NCBI GenBank assembly: GCA_029855935.1
Contig: JAGSHN010000008.1
Span: 1 to 56,017, forward strand
Direction of reading: 5' to 3'
Origin: Candidatus Thorarchaeota archaeon
Lineage (GTDB): Archaea > Asgardarchaeota > Thorarchaeia > Thorarchaeales > Thorarchaeaceae
DNA length: 56,017 nucleotides
Shown in pieces: positions 39,417 through 48,807 of this stretch. The notes under the pieces are model-generated. The model saw nothing but the letters and a program-made list of their open reading frames with translations, was not told the origin of the DNA and searched no databases. How positions within the stretch are numbered: the first letter of the stretch is position 1; each line of letters opens with the position of its first letter. Both the position numbers and the translations under genes were made by a program.

Positions 39417-40376
39417 TTAGTCGCCAATCCAGGAGTCGATTGTCGCCTGAACCTCGTCATCTGAGGATTGCCTGTAAATCTTGCCAAACTTTCTTCTTGC
39501 CTTTTCAACCAGGGGGTCTCTTCGTTGTGAATATGGTACGTAGAATGCCCCTGGCTCAACGAGGGAGAGGTTACGCTCAATCACTTCACGCATTCTCGGG
39601 TTTATCTCAAAGCCCAAGTAGTGGCGAAACGAGCCCTTGCAAGCCACTGCTGTAGTCCCGTTCCCCATAAACGGGTCCAACACTAGGTCGCCCGGACGCG
39701 ATGTGAAATCAATACACCTCATAACAAGGCTTTCGGGAAGTTTCGTACCGTTCTTGACCTGCCCTCTCAGATATGTTCGATTAATCTCCCACACATCGAG
39801 CGGGTAATGCTCAATCTTGTTGAAATAGTATCTTGTGGGGTCTTTCACGAGAAACAAGAGATGGTAGTGGCTGGTCACAAACTTGCGCCTTGTGAAAACT
39901 CCAAACTGGTACTTCCAAATGATATGGTTGATGAGGGTAAGACCGCTTGCGTCTATCGCATCGAGCACGTCACGTAGGTTTGTCCATCCGCTGAACACCC
40001 AAGCAGAGCCTGAGGGTTTGAGGATTCTTGCAAGTCGACTTATCCAAGCATTCGTGAATTCCGCGTAGTCTTGGCGAATCTCCTGATAGCCCTCTACCAC
40101 TAGGTCGGAGTCGCGATTGTACACTGTTTCTCTTCCATTAAACTCAATACCAAACGGAGGGTCCGCAACTATCACATCAATGCACTCATCGGGTAGGCGG
40201 TCCATTGCTGGAATGCAGTCCTCGTAGTAGATCACATCAACTTCGAAGTCGAATTCCGCGTTCTCGTACGCAGACTGCGCCTCCTCCCAACTCCAATCAT
40301 TAGTAGGTCTGAAGCGAAGCGCTGCTTCATGCGGTACGTAACGCCGCTTTCGCTTCTTTCTTGGTTCGGCTCTCAT
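39417..40376 (-). CDS. Beta-class N4-C/N6-A DNA methyltransferase
   Basis: DPPF precedes DPFMGNGTT; also NHIIW, TKLP and GFEIN. Start placed at the ATG at 40376 to avoid overlap with the divergent gene. Confidence 0.92.
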   Translation of the reverse strand: MRAEPRKKRKRRYVPHEAALRFRPTNDWSWEEAQSAYENAEFDFEVDVIYYEDCIPAMDRLPDECIDVIVADPPFGIEFNGRETVYNRDSDLVVEGYQEIRQDYAEFTNAWISRLARILKPSGSAWVFSGWTNLRDVLDAIDASGLTLINHIIWKYQFGVFTRRKFVTSHYHLLFLVKDPTRYYFNKIEHYPLDVWEINRTYLRGQVKNGTKLPESLVMRCIDFTSRPGDLVLDPFMGNGTTAVACKGSFRHYLGFEINPRMREVIERNLSLVEPGAFYVPYSQRRDPLVEKARRKFGKIYRQSSDDEVQATIDSWIGD

Positions 40377-40397
40377 TACGTGTGCATTGCTCCATGA

Positions 40398-40411
40398 ACT
40401 CTTATAAGAGT
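40398..40411. promoter_or_regulatory. Perfect palindrome ACTCTTATAAGAGT, a probable bidirectional TATA box
   Basis: TTATAA centre lies about 26 bp from the MTase ATG and about 40 bp from the glycosylase TTG. Confidence 0.65.
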
Positions 40412-40445
40412 CACCCAACAGCCTGTAAGGTAGGGGATACGGCAA

Positions 40446-41633
40446 TTGATACTTGGGCGTGACTTGGCAGAGGAGCTCACACTTCGGATTGCCTCGGTTG
40501 GCACGCTGGCAGGGAAGACCGATTCGACCCATCTTGTTGCTCCTCTGAAACACTTCTTTGACTCGCGAGGATATCTGCTCGTAGATGAGATTGGAGTCAA
40601 AGATGGCAAATGGACTAGGAAGGAGATTCTTGCGCGGTATCTCTTGTTAAGAACCGTGGTCGACCAGGGCCCAGATATCAAGGGAATCCGGATGCTGTTG
40701 GTCGAGGTTCTAAACAAGCTCTACAGTCACGATATTGCGATACTGCACGAGCCACTTGATTTCTTCAGGAACATCGACACAGTAGTCAAAGTTGTGAAGT
40801 CAAGTCACGAATCCATCAAGAAGGCAAGAGCTGAGGAGTGGGCCAAGGCTGAAGGTAGCACGCCGAATAGGTACAGTCTCATCTACGGGCAATCAATGCG
40901 AGGCCTAGTTTCGACAAGGCAAGTCTTGGAGTTTTGCATCTCCCGCTGGGGCACGCCGCTTGCTGTTCCTCTTATCCTAGAACAGAGAGGCCAAAGTCTT
41001 GTTGAATTTGTGGAGAGGCACGAGTCGGCAGAGCTTATGAGCAGGGATCTAAAGAGCAATGAAGAGGTAGGCCTGGGGCAAGTGATTGGTGACAAGGCCT
41101 GCCACGTCTTTGCGAAAGCATATGTGCACACTTACAAGATGTCCTATTCAATCACGGATGCTGGGTGGAGCCCCTACTCGTTCGAACTGCCACTAGACAG
41201 TAATGCGGGACGTGTCCTATTTGGAACGGGATGGCTCCAATGTTGGGCGGATCTCTCATCATACGAGAAGTGGGACGTAATAAGGAAGAGGGCAGGAAAG
41301 GGCGGCACCGACTACATAAGAGTGACAAACATACGCAATCAGTCGATCCCAAAGGACAAACTGGGCAGAAGCCTCTTGCATAAGTATGACACAGTTGTGC
41401 GCCACCATCTCAAGACTAGGACTCGTTGGAGCCGTGTGAGAATCCAAGAGATTCCGAATGCCATTCTCCTAGGTACAGAATACGGTATAGGTGACTTTGA
41501 TGACGGGCTACTTGAGATTGGCCTCAAGTACTGCAAGAACCACTCGAATCCCGATTGTGGTGCCTGTCCGCTATCTGACATATGTGTGGGACACACCTCA
41601 AGGCCTGATTGGATAGTTGGGTACAGGACCTGA
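40446..41633 (+). CDS. HhH-GPD/endonuclease III-like DNA glycosylase with [4Fe-4S] loop
   Basis: HhH-like GLGQVIGDKAC, catalytic-Asp-like LPLDSNAGRV, and C-terminal CKNHSNPDCGACPLSDIC. Confidence 0.7.
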   Translation: MILGRDLAEELTLRIASVGTLAGKTDSTHLVAPLKHFFDSRGYLLVDEIGVKDGKWTRKEILARYLLLRTVVDQGPDIKGIRMLLVEVLNKLYSHDIAILHEPLDFFRNIDTVVKVVKSSHESIKKARAEEWAKAEGSTPNRYSLIYGQSMRGLVSTRQVLEFCISRWGTPLAVPLILEQRGQSLVEFVERHESAELMSRDLKSNEEVGLGQVIGDKACHVFAKAYVHTYKMSYSITDAGWSPYSFELPLDSNAGRVLFGTGWLQCWADLSSYEKWDVIRKRAGKGGTDYIRVTNIRNQSIPKDKLGRSLLHKYDTVVRHHLKTRTRWSRVRIQEIPNAILLGTEYGIGDFDDGLLEIGLKYCKNHSNPDCGACPLSDICVGHTSRPDWIVGYRT

Positions 41634-42055
41634 GGATTGATACATAGGCCAACGACGTAGATCTTACAGGGAATCGGATTGGGAAGGCTGGGCGCTTGAT
41701 GCCACACAAGGCAGGACAGGTCTCTTCACATAAGATGGAAATGAAGGTCACCAAGGCTGCCGTGCGTTTAGGTATGCGACCACTTTGTTCCTGCTTGTCG
41801 CAGGAAATACAGAGGCACAGGATACCATGCCGCCTTTTGACACCACGTTTGAGACACTCTCCACCAGCCAGCACGAAATCAGTACCGACGTAGAGCTCCT
41901 TCCGCAGGAACGAAACAACACGTCGAGCATCAGAATAGGCGATTCTCCATTCGCCGGGTTGGACACCGTCGGGAGCATCGGGATCTACTTTCCCGCAACC
42001 CAGAGGGGCGAAACTGTGCTGCACATTCATCTTGAGTACGGGAGTCTTCGACCTG

Positions 42056-42487
42056 TCATTTGCGTGGCATCCACCCCTCTGGTGTCCGACGAATTCCACG
42101 GCGTTCAATCACCTGCGCGCATTTCCGCCGTAGCTTCTCCGAGACACCGAGGTCGTCGTACAAGACTCGCCCCTCTGTGAGCGCGTCCAGCAGGATTGTG
42201 TGCGCCTGCTCCAGTAGGACCTCGGCCTCGTCAGGCCTGATCACGAACAGGTCAACTCCGTGGTCACGGGCCCTAGCACGCAGCTCTGCTCGAGGCAAGT
42301 CCTCTCCTGTGATCAGCAGTACGTCGTAGTCGCTCATATAGGACGCCGTGCCCCGGATTCGGGACCCGAACAGGAAAGCGCTCGAGGGTCGAGTCGTCCC
42401 ACGCAGACGTCGGACGAAGGCTGGGAACTCGCGGGCCAACTTCTCGCTCTGCTCACGGAGTTGGCGGACGAACCTTCCGTAGGAAAT
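42056..42487 (-). CDS. Minimal nucleotidyltransferase (MNT) antitoxin-like protein
   Basis: LFGSRIRG...SDYDVL...VDLF...EGRVLYD. Start is either TTG at 42439 or ATT at 42487. Confidence 0.88.
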   Translation of the reverse strand: MSYGRFVRQLREQSEKLAREFPAFVRRLRGTTRPSSAFLFGSRIRGTASYMSDYDVLLITGEDLPRAELRARARDHGVDLFVIRPDEAEVLLEQAHTILLDALTEGRVLYDDLGVSEKLRRKCAQVIERRGIRRTPEGWMPRK

Positions 42488-42836
42488 CGATCATCACCTC
42501 CATACGCCTGATGGCCTCTGCTGCTTCTTCCCGCGTGTAGTCGTTGAGTCTCGCATCAGGATCTCGGGCCTGTAGATAGTGCTCGCTCAGAGCCCGAGCG
42601 CACTCTGTCACCCTTGGCGGGACCTCAATCCCTGTTCCGGCAAGGGCGCGCAGTAGCGTAGTGAGCGAGTGAGAGTAAGGCCTAGCGCCGGTGATCTGAA
42701 TCAGAAGGCCCTTCAGGTAGAAGTCAACGGCCTGCTGCGCCGAATAGCATGAGAAGTCGTAGCGTTGTTTCTCAAGTGACTCGCTTGCCAGTTCCTGGTA
42801 CATCTGACTTCTCTCGAACCACTTCTCTGTCATCAC
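42453..42836 (-). CDS. HEPN domain protein (COG2250-like)
   Basis: SCYSAQQA..LKG, SHSL..L and HY..ARxPD, directly upstream of the MNT. Confidence 0.88.
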   Translation of the reverse strand: MMTEKWFERSQMYQELASESLEKQRYDFSCYSAQQAVDFYLKGLLIQITGARPYSHSLTTLLRALAGTGIEVPPRVTECARALSEHYLQARDPDARLNDYTREEAAEAIRRMEVMIDFLRKVRPPTP

Positions 42837-43151
42837 GATGGGAACCTACCCTACTTGACTAGAGTGTGGGCTGTTGCCTAATGTACTTGATGACACAACA
42901 TCATCCCGCGCACCGAGTGTCGTCAGAGTGGCCAGACGGCGGCTGCACCCACACCCACACATAGGCCTCGAATCCTTCGTCAAGAGAGAGAACATCTCCA
43001 GGGGCTCGAGACTCGGTTCTCAGTGCCTCACGGATCGTGCTCGTCCACTATACAAGAGAATCATCCCTGCTTCTCTGTTTGACACTATCCTCGACCTTCA
43101 CGTTGATCGGATCCCGTAGCAGGCTGACCTCTGCGGTCCTGCTGATGCCAG

Positions 43152-43916
43152 TCACAGCCGGGCTGGAAGCGATCTCCGATGGGCGACCACGACAATCTTG
43201 GCGAGAACAATAGTGAACCCCACAATGCACAGCAGGTCGACGAGAGGACTGAAGACCCCTGAGCCGGTCACGAGCTCGTTCAGGATGTCTGCAAAGTACG
43301 TGAGTGGAGAGAACAGAGAGAGTATGAAGAATGGCAGCGGTAGGTTTCGCAGCGGGACGAATATGCCACTGATGAATATCAGAGGGAACTTGACGAGGCT
43401 TGTGATCATCATGATTGTCGACGGCTGGTCGGCGGGGGGTGACGAGAGAAGCAGTCCAAAGAGAGAGTATGAGAAGCTACCGAGAGCAATCACGCAGACC
43501 AGACACAACACCGTGAACACCGTCTGTGGAACAAGGACGACAATCAGCACTAACGGGATTGAGCTTGAGATCAGCGCGAAGAGAAACGAGGCAATCGTGT
43601 CGCCGAGCAATATGGCCCAGAATGGTACCGGGAGTGTGAGTAGTCTCTCGAGGGTGTGAGACCCGGTCTCGATGGGCATGATGACAGGAGACACAGCGGT
43701 TGCGGAGAAGAACACGACCATTGCCAACAGGCCCGGCAGCAGGAAGAGAGGGTCCATACTTCTCCCGACAACAAATGCCAGAAAGAAGAAGGACGGAAAT
43801 AGCAGGCCAAAGATCAGCGTCGGTCCCCTCGTATAGTACACGTGCACGTCCTTGGCAGCAATGGCCATCGCCTTGCGGAAGGCAGACATCAAGAACTCGT
43901 GTCTATCTCGTTTCAT
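43152..43916 (-). CDS. ABC-2 type exporter permease
   Basis: Six TMs; TLERLLTLPV, FISGIFVP and SPLTY. Confidence 0.9.
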   Translation of the reverse strand: MKRDRHEFLMSAFRKAMAIAAKDVHVYYTRGPTLIFGLLFPSFFFLAFVVGRSMDPLFLLPGLLAMVVFFSATAVSPVIMPIETGSHTLERLLTLPVPFWAILLGDTIASFLFALISSSIPLVLIVVLVPQTVFTVLCLVCVIALGSFSYSLFGLLLSSPPADQPSTIMMITSLVKFPLIFISGIFVPLRNLPLPFFILSLFSPLTYFADILNELVTGSGVFSPLVDLLCIVGFTIVLAKIVVVAHRRSLPARL

Positions 43917-43919
43917 CTC

Positions 43920-44849
43920 TTACGCCCCCTTCCGTATCAGGCTCAGAAACACGTCTTCCAGAGAGGCCGCCTCCGTCTGAGCGGAGAGAATCTTGAGGTT
44001 ATTTCTCTGAGCGAACTCCACCAGCCGGACAAGTACCTCTCCGGGCTCAGGAGTGAAGCATCGGACCCGAGTGTTGAAGGACTGGACCTCTGTGATCCCC
44101 TCAAGTTTGGACAGTGCGCCCACATCAGGAACAGATGAGAACTCCATCACCACACTCTGTCGCTCACGGAAGCTTCGACGCAGCTTGGTCGGCGTGTCAA
44201 TGGCCGCAATCTTCCCGTGGCTCATGATTGCCACGCGGTCACACAGCGTTTCCGCCTCGGCCAGATTGTGGGTGGTCAGTAGGATAGTCTTCCCCTCCTC
44301 TGCAAGACCGGAGATCACTCCCCGTACCTGCTTTGCGCTCTCCGCGTCAAGACCAGATGAGGGCTCGTCGAGGAAGAGCAACTGACCATCGCTCATCAGA
44401 GTCATCGCCAAGCTGAGTTTCTGCTTCATGCCCTTCGAATAGGTCTTGGCGGGGCGGTCCTTGTGTTCGTACAGCCTCATCTCCTGCAAGAGCCTTGCAG
44501 ACCGCTCCCTCATCTCATCGGGGTCAATGCCATAGAGGCGTCCGCAGAGCTCCAGGTTCTGCTCGCCCGTCAGGTCGTTGTACACGTTCGCGGTCTCGGG
44601 GAGAACGCCGATATGTTGCCGAATCTCAAGGGAGTGTTGAGGCATAGATAGGCCGAAGATCTCTATCTCCCCAGCAGTCGGACGAATGACTCCGGTCAAC
44701 ATCCGTATCGTGGTTGTCTTGCCCGCACCGTTTGGACCGAGAATTCCGAAGATCTCACCTTCACAGACCGTGAAGGAGATGCCATCAACAGCAGTGAGAT
44801 TGCCAAACTGCTTCTTGAGGTCCGATACGACTATTGTCTGACTTGGCAT
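43920..44849 (-). CDS. ABC exporter ATP-binding subunit
   Basis: GPNGAGKTT, YSKGMKQ, LDEP and TTH. Confidence 0.95.
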   Translation of the reverse strand: MPSQTIVVSDLKKQFGNLTAVDGISFTVCEGEIFGILGPNGAGKTTTIRMLTGVIRPTAGEIEIFGLSMPQHSLEIRQHIGVLPETANVYNDLTGEQNLELCGRLYGIDPDEMRERSARLLQEMRLYEHKDRPAKTYSKGMKQKLSLAMTLMSDGQLLFLDEPSSGLDAESAKQVRGVISGLAEEGKTILLTTHNLAEAETLCDRVAIMSHGKIAAIDTPTKLRRSFRERQSVVMEFSSVPDVGALSKLEGITEVQSFNTRVRCFTPEPGEVLVRLVEFAQRNNLKILSAQTEAASLEDVFLSLIRKGA

Positions 44850-44889
44850 TGTTCATCATCTTCGGCGACACCGGGGGTCTCGTGCTGGC

Positions 44890-44920
44890 GCGATAGTCAT
44901 ATCGCTTTACTTAAAAAGTT
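44890..44920 (-). promoter_or_regulatory. TATA box plus adjacent inverted repeat GCGATA-N4-TATCGC
   Basis: The minus strand reads CGAACTTTTTAAGTAAA, then the 16-bp palindrome at 44890-44905, upstream of the ABC operon. Confidence 0.5.
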
Positions 44921-45215
44921 CGATTTGATATGCGGTCGTGCAGAGAGGCTGCATCAAGGAGGTCGCCCTCAGACAGTATGCTGCGCGGTGTCTGTGGCCT
45001 TGCAGAGTTCATCAGCAGATACGGGGAATGCAGAGGCTTGTCTTGGCACGATGGTTGCGAGCGGGCGATGTCTCTTCAGATGAACCTTGGTCTCCTGAAG
45101 CAATAGATCAATGAGGTGGTCAGTACGTCTGCGCAAGAGAGCCTGACCACCCTGCACCGGTTGTCGCAGGTTTCAGGCCTGTCTCCATTCTCCCGTCAAG
45201 GGCGATTGTCCATCT

Positions 45216-46478
45216 TCACAGAGTTATGGTTCCCCCGTATCCGACAGGAAGTGACAGAACGTCCGATACGGGATGGCCAACGCCGCTGTCATCGTCGCAG
45301 TATAGCGGTGTCTCTGGCCAGCTATCCTGAAACGCGGCATGGATGAACGCCTCTCGTAGACTGACGAGGCCATTATCGTTGTAGTCGGCATCCACCGGAT
45401 TAGTGTAGTCATTCAGATGCCAGCCAATCATTGCGCTCATGAAATGGTAGACGAACTCATCCCATTGTCCTTCGGTGTCGCACCCGTAGGAGCTCTCCAC
45501 AGAGCAGGCGGTGAGTATCACTCTCCTGTCGGCGCTGATGTACGGGATGAACTTCCCTGCGTAGCACTGCTCCATGACGACAATCATATGGTCGCAAGGG
45601 ACCATATCGAGCCAATTCGCTACCTGGGTGTGCGTGAGGGCACCTGAATGGTCCATAGGTGTCCATACCGATATGCCAGAGCCTCCACCATGATTTGTGG
45701 TGAAGAAGAACAGCGTGTCTCGAAAGGTCATAGTCTCGTTTAGGATCCCAAACACGGTGGCGAGAGAGTCGTGCGTCGCTGGATAGTGAACTGGCATGTA
45801 GTGGGACTCGGGCGTGCCGTTCTTGTAGATGACATAGATGTGATCGTTGGGATACCCGTAGGAGAGTAGAATGTAGTACATCCAGACGAGGTCATTCCAG
45901 TATCTGGTGTATGCCTTCTTGGGGTTGATTCCCCCTGAGTACAGGACCGCATATTTCTGTGGAACCGGCTCAGGAAAGTCTGGCTGGTCCTCGACAAGCT
46001 TGTTCGGCGACACGACGCGATCCACGAAAGACCCCTGCACGACGGGTTCTGTTCCCACGGCCTTGTGACTCAAATACCGGATTCCCAACAGGCCGTCATC
46101 CTGGTCTGACCACTCAATCGTACCCTTGACCAAGCACCTCATTCCTGCGTACTCGTAGAGTGAGTCCGGAGGGGTACCATTGATGAATAGGTAGTTGCTG
46201 GAGTCCAGCGAGTTGTTGAGAAACGACAGAGGGTTCTCGACCAGCAGGGGGTACTGACCCGCCGAGAGGACGGGATGACCCGCTACTGTCAGCGTCCGCC
46301 CTATATAGTCCTCGGGGCTCTCCGTGAGGTCCGCAATCTCCATGGGAACATCTTCAGCGGGGACTGCCTGTCGGTAGACCAGAAAATAGTACAGCGTGCC
46401 GATGTTGGTTCCCACAAGAATCAATACCAGGGCCAGCATCGCAAGCGATCGGCCGTTTGCTCTCTTCTTGGCAGGCAT
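45216..46478 (-). CDS. Membrane-anchored clan CD cysteine peptidase (C13 legumain-like)
   Basis: N-terminal TM; YAVLYSGG...RYWND; His in TTNHGG and Cys in MEQCYAG; EF-hand-like DYNDNGLVS. Confidence 0.8.
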   Translation of the reverse strand: MPAKKRANGRSLAMLALVLILVGTNIGTLYYFLVYRQAVPAEDVPMEIADLTESPEDYIGRTLTVAGHPVLSAGQYPLLVENPLSFLNNSLDSSNYLFINGTPPDSLYEYAGMRCLVKGTIEWSDQDDGLLGIRYLSHKAVGTEPVVQGSFVDRVVSPNKLVEDQPDFPEPVPQKYAVLYSGGINPKKAYTRYWNDLVWMYYILLSYGYPNDHIYVIYKNGTPESHYMPVHYPATHDSLATVFGILNETMTFRDTLFFFTTNHGGGSGISVWTPMDHSGALTHTQVANWLDMVPCDHMIVVMEQCYAGKFIPYISADRRVILTACSVESSYGCDTEGQWDEFVYHFMSAMIGWHLNDYTNPVDADYNDNGLVSLREAFIHAAFQDSWPETPLYCDDDSGVGHPVSDVLSLPVGYGGTITL

Positions 46479-46735
46479 AGAAGCCAACTCCTCTCTCTCG
46501 GCATCAGGACTCGAGAGTCGGAATAGTTGGTGCTACTATCGAACCAATATAAAACCCGCGCCAGTCGGGACAGACCCTGCTGCACGGGCCGAGATCGCTC
46601 CGGTGCTCGGGAGCAGTGGGAACAAATGTCCGGCGCGATGGCCTACCGGGGCTCTTCTCAACAGCAGACCATCGACACCAGCCTCTCGGTCTTCCACTGC
46701 ACTACTAGTAGGCTGATCTTTGTGGGAGGCCGAGG

Positions 46736-47995
46736 TCAGAGGAAGATGCCTGCCCCATACCCCGCTTTTGAGTTGATGACCGAGTCCAGGCTCAGGCCAA
46801 CCCCGTCACCATTGTCGTCATACTGTGGAATCTCATTGACGCTGTCCCGGATTGCCGCGTAGATGTATGCCTCTCGCATAGACACACGGCCGTCATCGTT
46901 GTAGTCAGCATCGACGACAGTCGCATAGTCGTTGAGCTGCCTGCCCAAGACTGCACACATAAAGTGGTATACGAACTCGTCCCACTCGCCCTCCGTGTCG
47001 CAGGCCCAGGATTCTGTACCCCTACACGCGGTGAGAATCACTCTGTTCGGCGCACTGATGTACGGGATGAACCTGCCTGCGAAACACTGTTCCATGATGA
47101 TGATCATATGGTCGCACGTTATCGAGTCAAGCCAGGACGCGACCAGTGTGTGATTGAGATTGGTATCATCCATCGGCGCCCAGGTTCTTATGTCATCCCA
47201 CCCACCGTGATTGGTCGTGAAGAAGAACAGCGAGTCCCGGACTGTCAGTGTGGCGCTCAGGTTGTTGAACACCGTCTGCATAGATGCCACAGTGGCAGGG
47301 TAGTCCACGGGCATATGGGCGTCCTCCGGCACTCCGTCCTTGTAGATGACATAGATATGGTCGGCCCGGTATCCGTATGCTCTGAGAATGAAATACATCC
47401 AGACTAGGTCGTTCCAGTATCGCATATAGGCGTAGTCCGGATCGATACCGCCAGAGTACAGGACGGCGTACTTCTGTGGGGTCGAGTTGGAAAAGACGGG
47501 GTGGAACTCGATCAACGGCAGCGGTTCGACCACTTGGTCATTGTAGGGGCCCGGGACCACTGGTTCAGTCGCAGCCCTTGCGTGATTCAAATAGGTGAGC
47601 CCCAGTATTGCCGCCTCCTCATCGAACCATCCGACTACCCCCTTGACCTCACACCTGAGACCTGCTGACTCCGCCAGGGACTGAGGGACCTCCCCCACAA
47701 CCCGCACGTAGTTAGAGGGGCTGAGAGAGTTGTTGAGAAAGGACAGCGGATTCTCAATTAGCATCGAGCGGTTCCGGGCTGCAATGACATAGTAGCCACT
47801 GACGGTGACCCTTTGACCGAGATAGTCCTCAGGACTCCGGGTAAGATCTGATATCTCCATCGGAACGTCTTCAGCAGGAACTGTCTGTCGATACACAGCA
47901 AAATAATACAGCATCCCAACGTTCGTTCCTATCAGAATCAGCGCAAGGGCCAGCATTGCTCGTGACCGGCCCTTCGTTTCCTTCTTGGCGGGCAT
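46736..47995 (-). CDS. Membrane-anchored clan CD cysteine peptidase (C13 legumain-like), tandem paralog
   Basis: Same architecture: TTNHGG, MEQCFAG and DYNDDGRVS. A TTTATAT promoter is conserved upstream of both copies (about 46547 and 48056). Confidence 0.8.
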   Translation of the reverse strand: MPAKKETKGRSRAMLALALILIGTNVGMLYYFAVYRQTVPAEDVPMEISDLTRSPEDYLGQRVTVSGYYVIAARNRSMLIENPLSFLNNSLSPSNYVRVVGEVPQSLAESAGLRCEVKGVVGWFDEEAAILGLTYLNHARAATEPVVPGPYNDQVVEPLPLIEFHPVFSNSTPQKYAVLYSGGIDPDYAYMRYWNDLVWMYFILRAYGYRADHIYVIYKDGVPEDAHMPVDYPATVASMQTVFNNLSATLTVRDSLFFFTTNHGGWDDIRTWAPMDDTNLNHTLVASWLDSITCDHMIIIMEQCFAGRFIPYISAPNRVILTACRGTESWACDTEGEWDEFVYHFMCAVLGRQLNDYATVVDADYNDDGRVSMREAYIYAAIRDSVNEIPQYDDNGDGVGLSLDSVINSKAGYGAGIFL

Positions 47996-48333
47996 AGAAG
48001 CAAACTCCTGTCGTTCCGTTCAAGACTTGGAGTAGCAAGGTGTCCACTCGAATCCATATAAACCCGTTCACTCTCTCGCAGGGTGCTTCTGCGACTTGGC
48101 AGGTTCTCTCAGCCGACAGAGCAGGAGTCGACTACCGCCATCAAGGAGGTCCTGGATCAGAAAGTGGTGGTGAATCGGGGAAGGAGATTCTCGGTAGCAG
48201 AAGGAGACGGCGCGCCTACCGCCCTCGACCTGCTGGACAACAGACCCAACCAAACATCACACTTTTATTGCGGAAGTTTCAGTTTGAAACTCACGTTGTC
48301 AACGGCTCAATAGAAGATTGGATGTGATAGAAA

Positions 48334-48804
48334 ATGGCAGATGCGCTGATTACACTGGCAGCCGGTGCCCACGTATTCACGGCCGTGCTGGTCATGATAT
48401 TCTCGGTACTGATGTTTGGCGAAACCCTCTGGGGAGGATCACCCAAGCGAATGAGAATATACGGCATTATGATAATCATCTTTGCCGTACTGACGTATGC
48501 ACTGGCCGGTTGGTGGTACGTGGTCTACTATGGTCCCGACAAGCAGGTGATCATAAACGGTGAGATGGCGTGGGCTCACGCACTCGTAATGGAGACGAAG
48601 GAACACGTCTTCATCGCAGGATTCTGGTTCTCGGTGGTCCTAGGCCTCTTCGGATACTTCGCCAGCGAAGAGCAACTCGACAACCCGTACTACAGGAAAA
48701 CGGTGGCGCTGCTCGCCATATTCCTGATTGTGGGAGTTCTCCTTCTGGAAGGAATGGGCGCGATCATAACAGCAGGCCTGAAGATTGGATTGGGAGGTGC
48801 GTGA
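48334..48804 (+). CDS. Four-TM hypothetical membrane protein with His residues
   Basis: AHVF...WYVVYYG...WAH...METKEH. Confidence 0.7.
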   Translation: MADALITLAAGAHVFTAVLVMIFSVLMFGETLWGGSPKRMRIYGIMIIIFAVLTYALAGWWYVVYYGPDKQVIINGEMAWAHALVMETKEHVFIAGFWFSVVLGLFGYFASEEQLDNPYYRKTVALLAIFLIVGVLLLEGMGAIITAGLKIGLGGA

Positions 48805-48807
48805 TGG

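Noticed and set aside
41785-43119. Fragments 41785-42180 and 42874-43119 as a gene split by HEPN-MNT insertion
   Set aside because: No target duplication and no evidence that the two pieces belong to one protein.
48083-48313. Fragment faintly resembling a thioredoxin reductase C-terminus (SVAEGDGA..AL)
   Set aside because: Only a few residues match; cannot be supported without a search.
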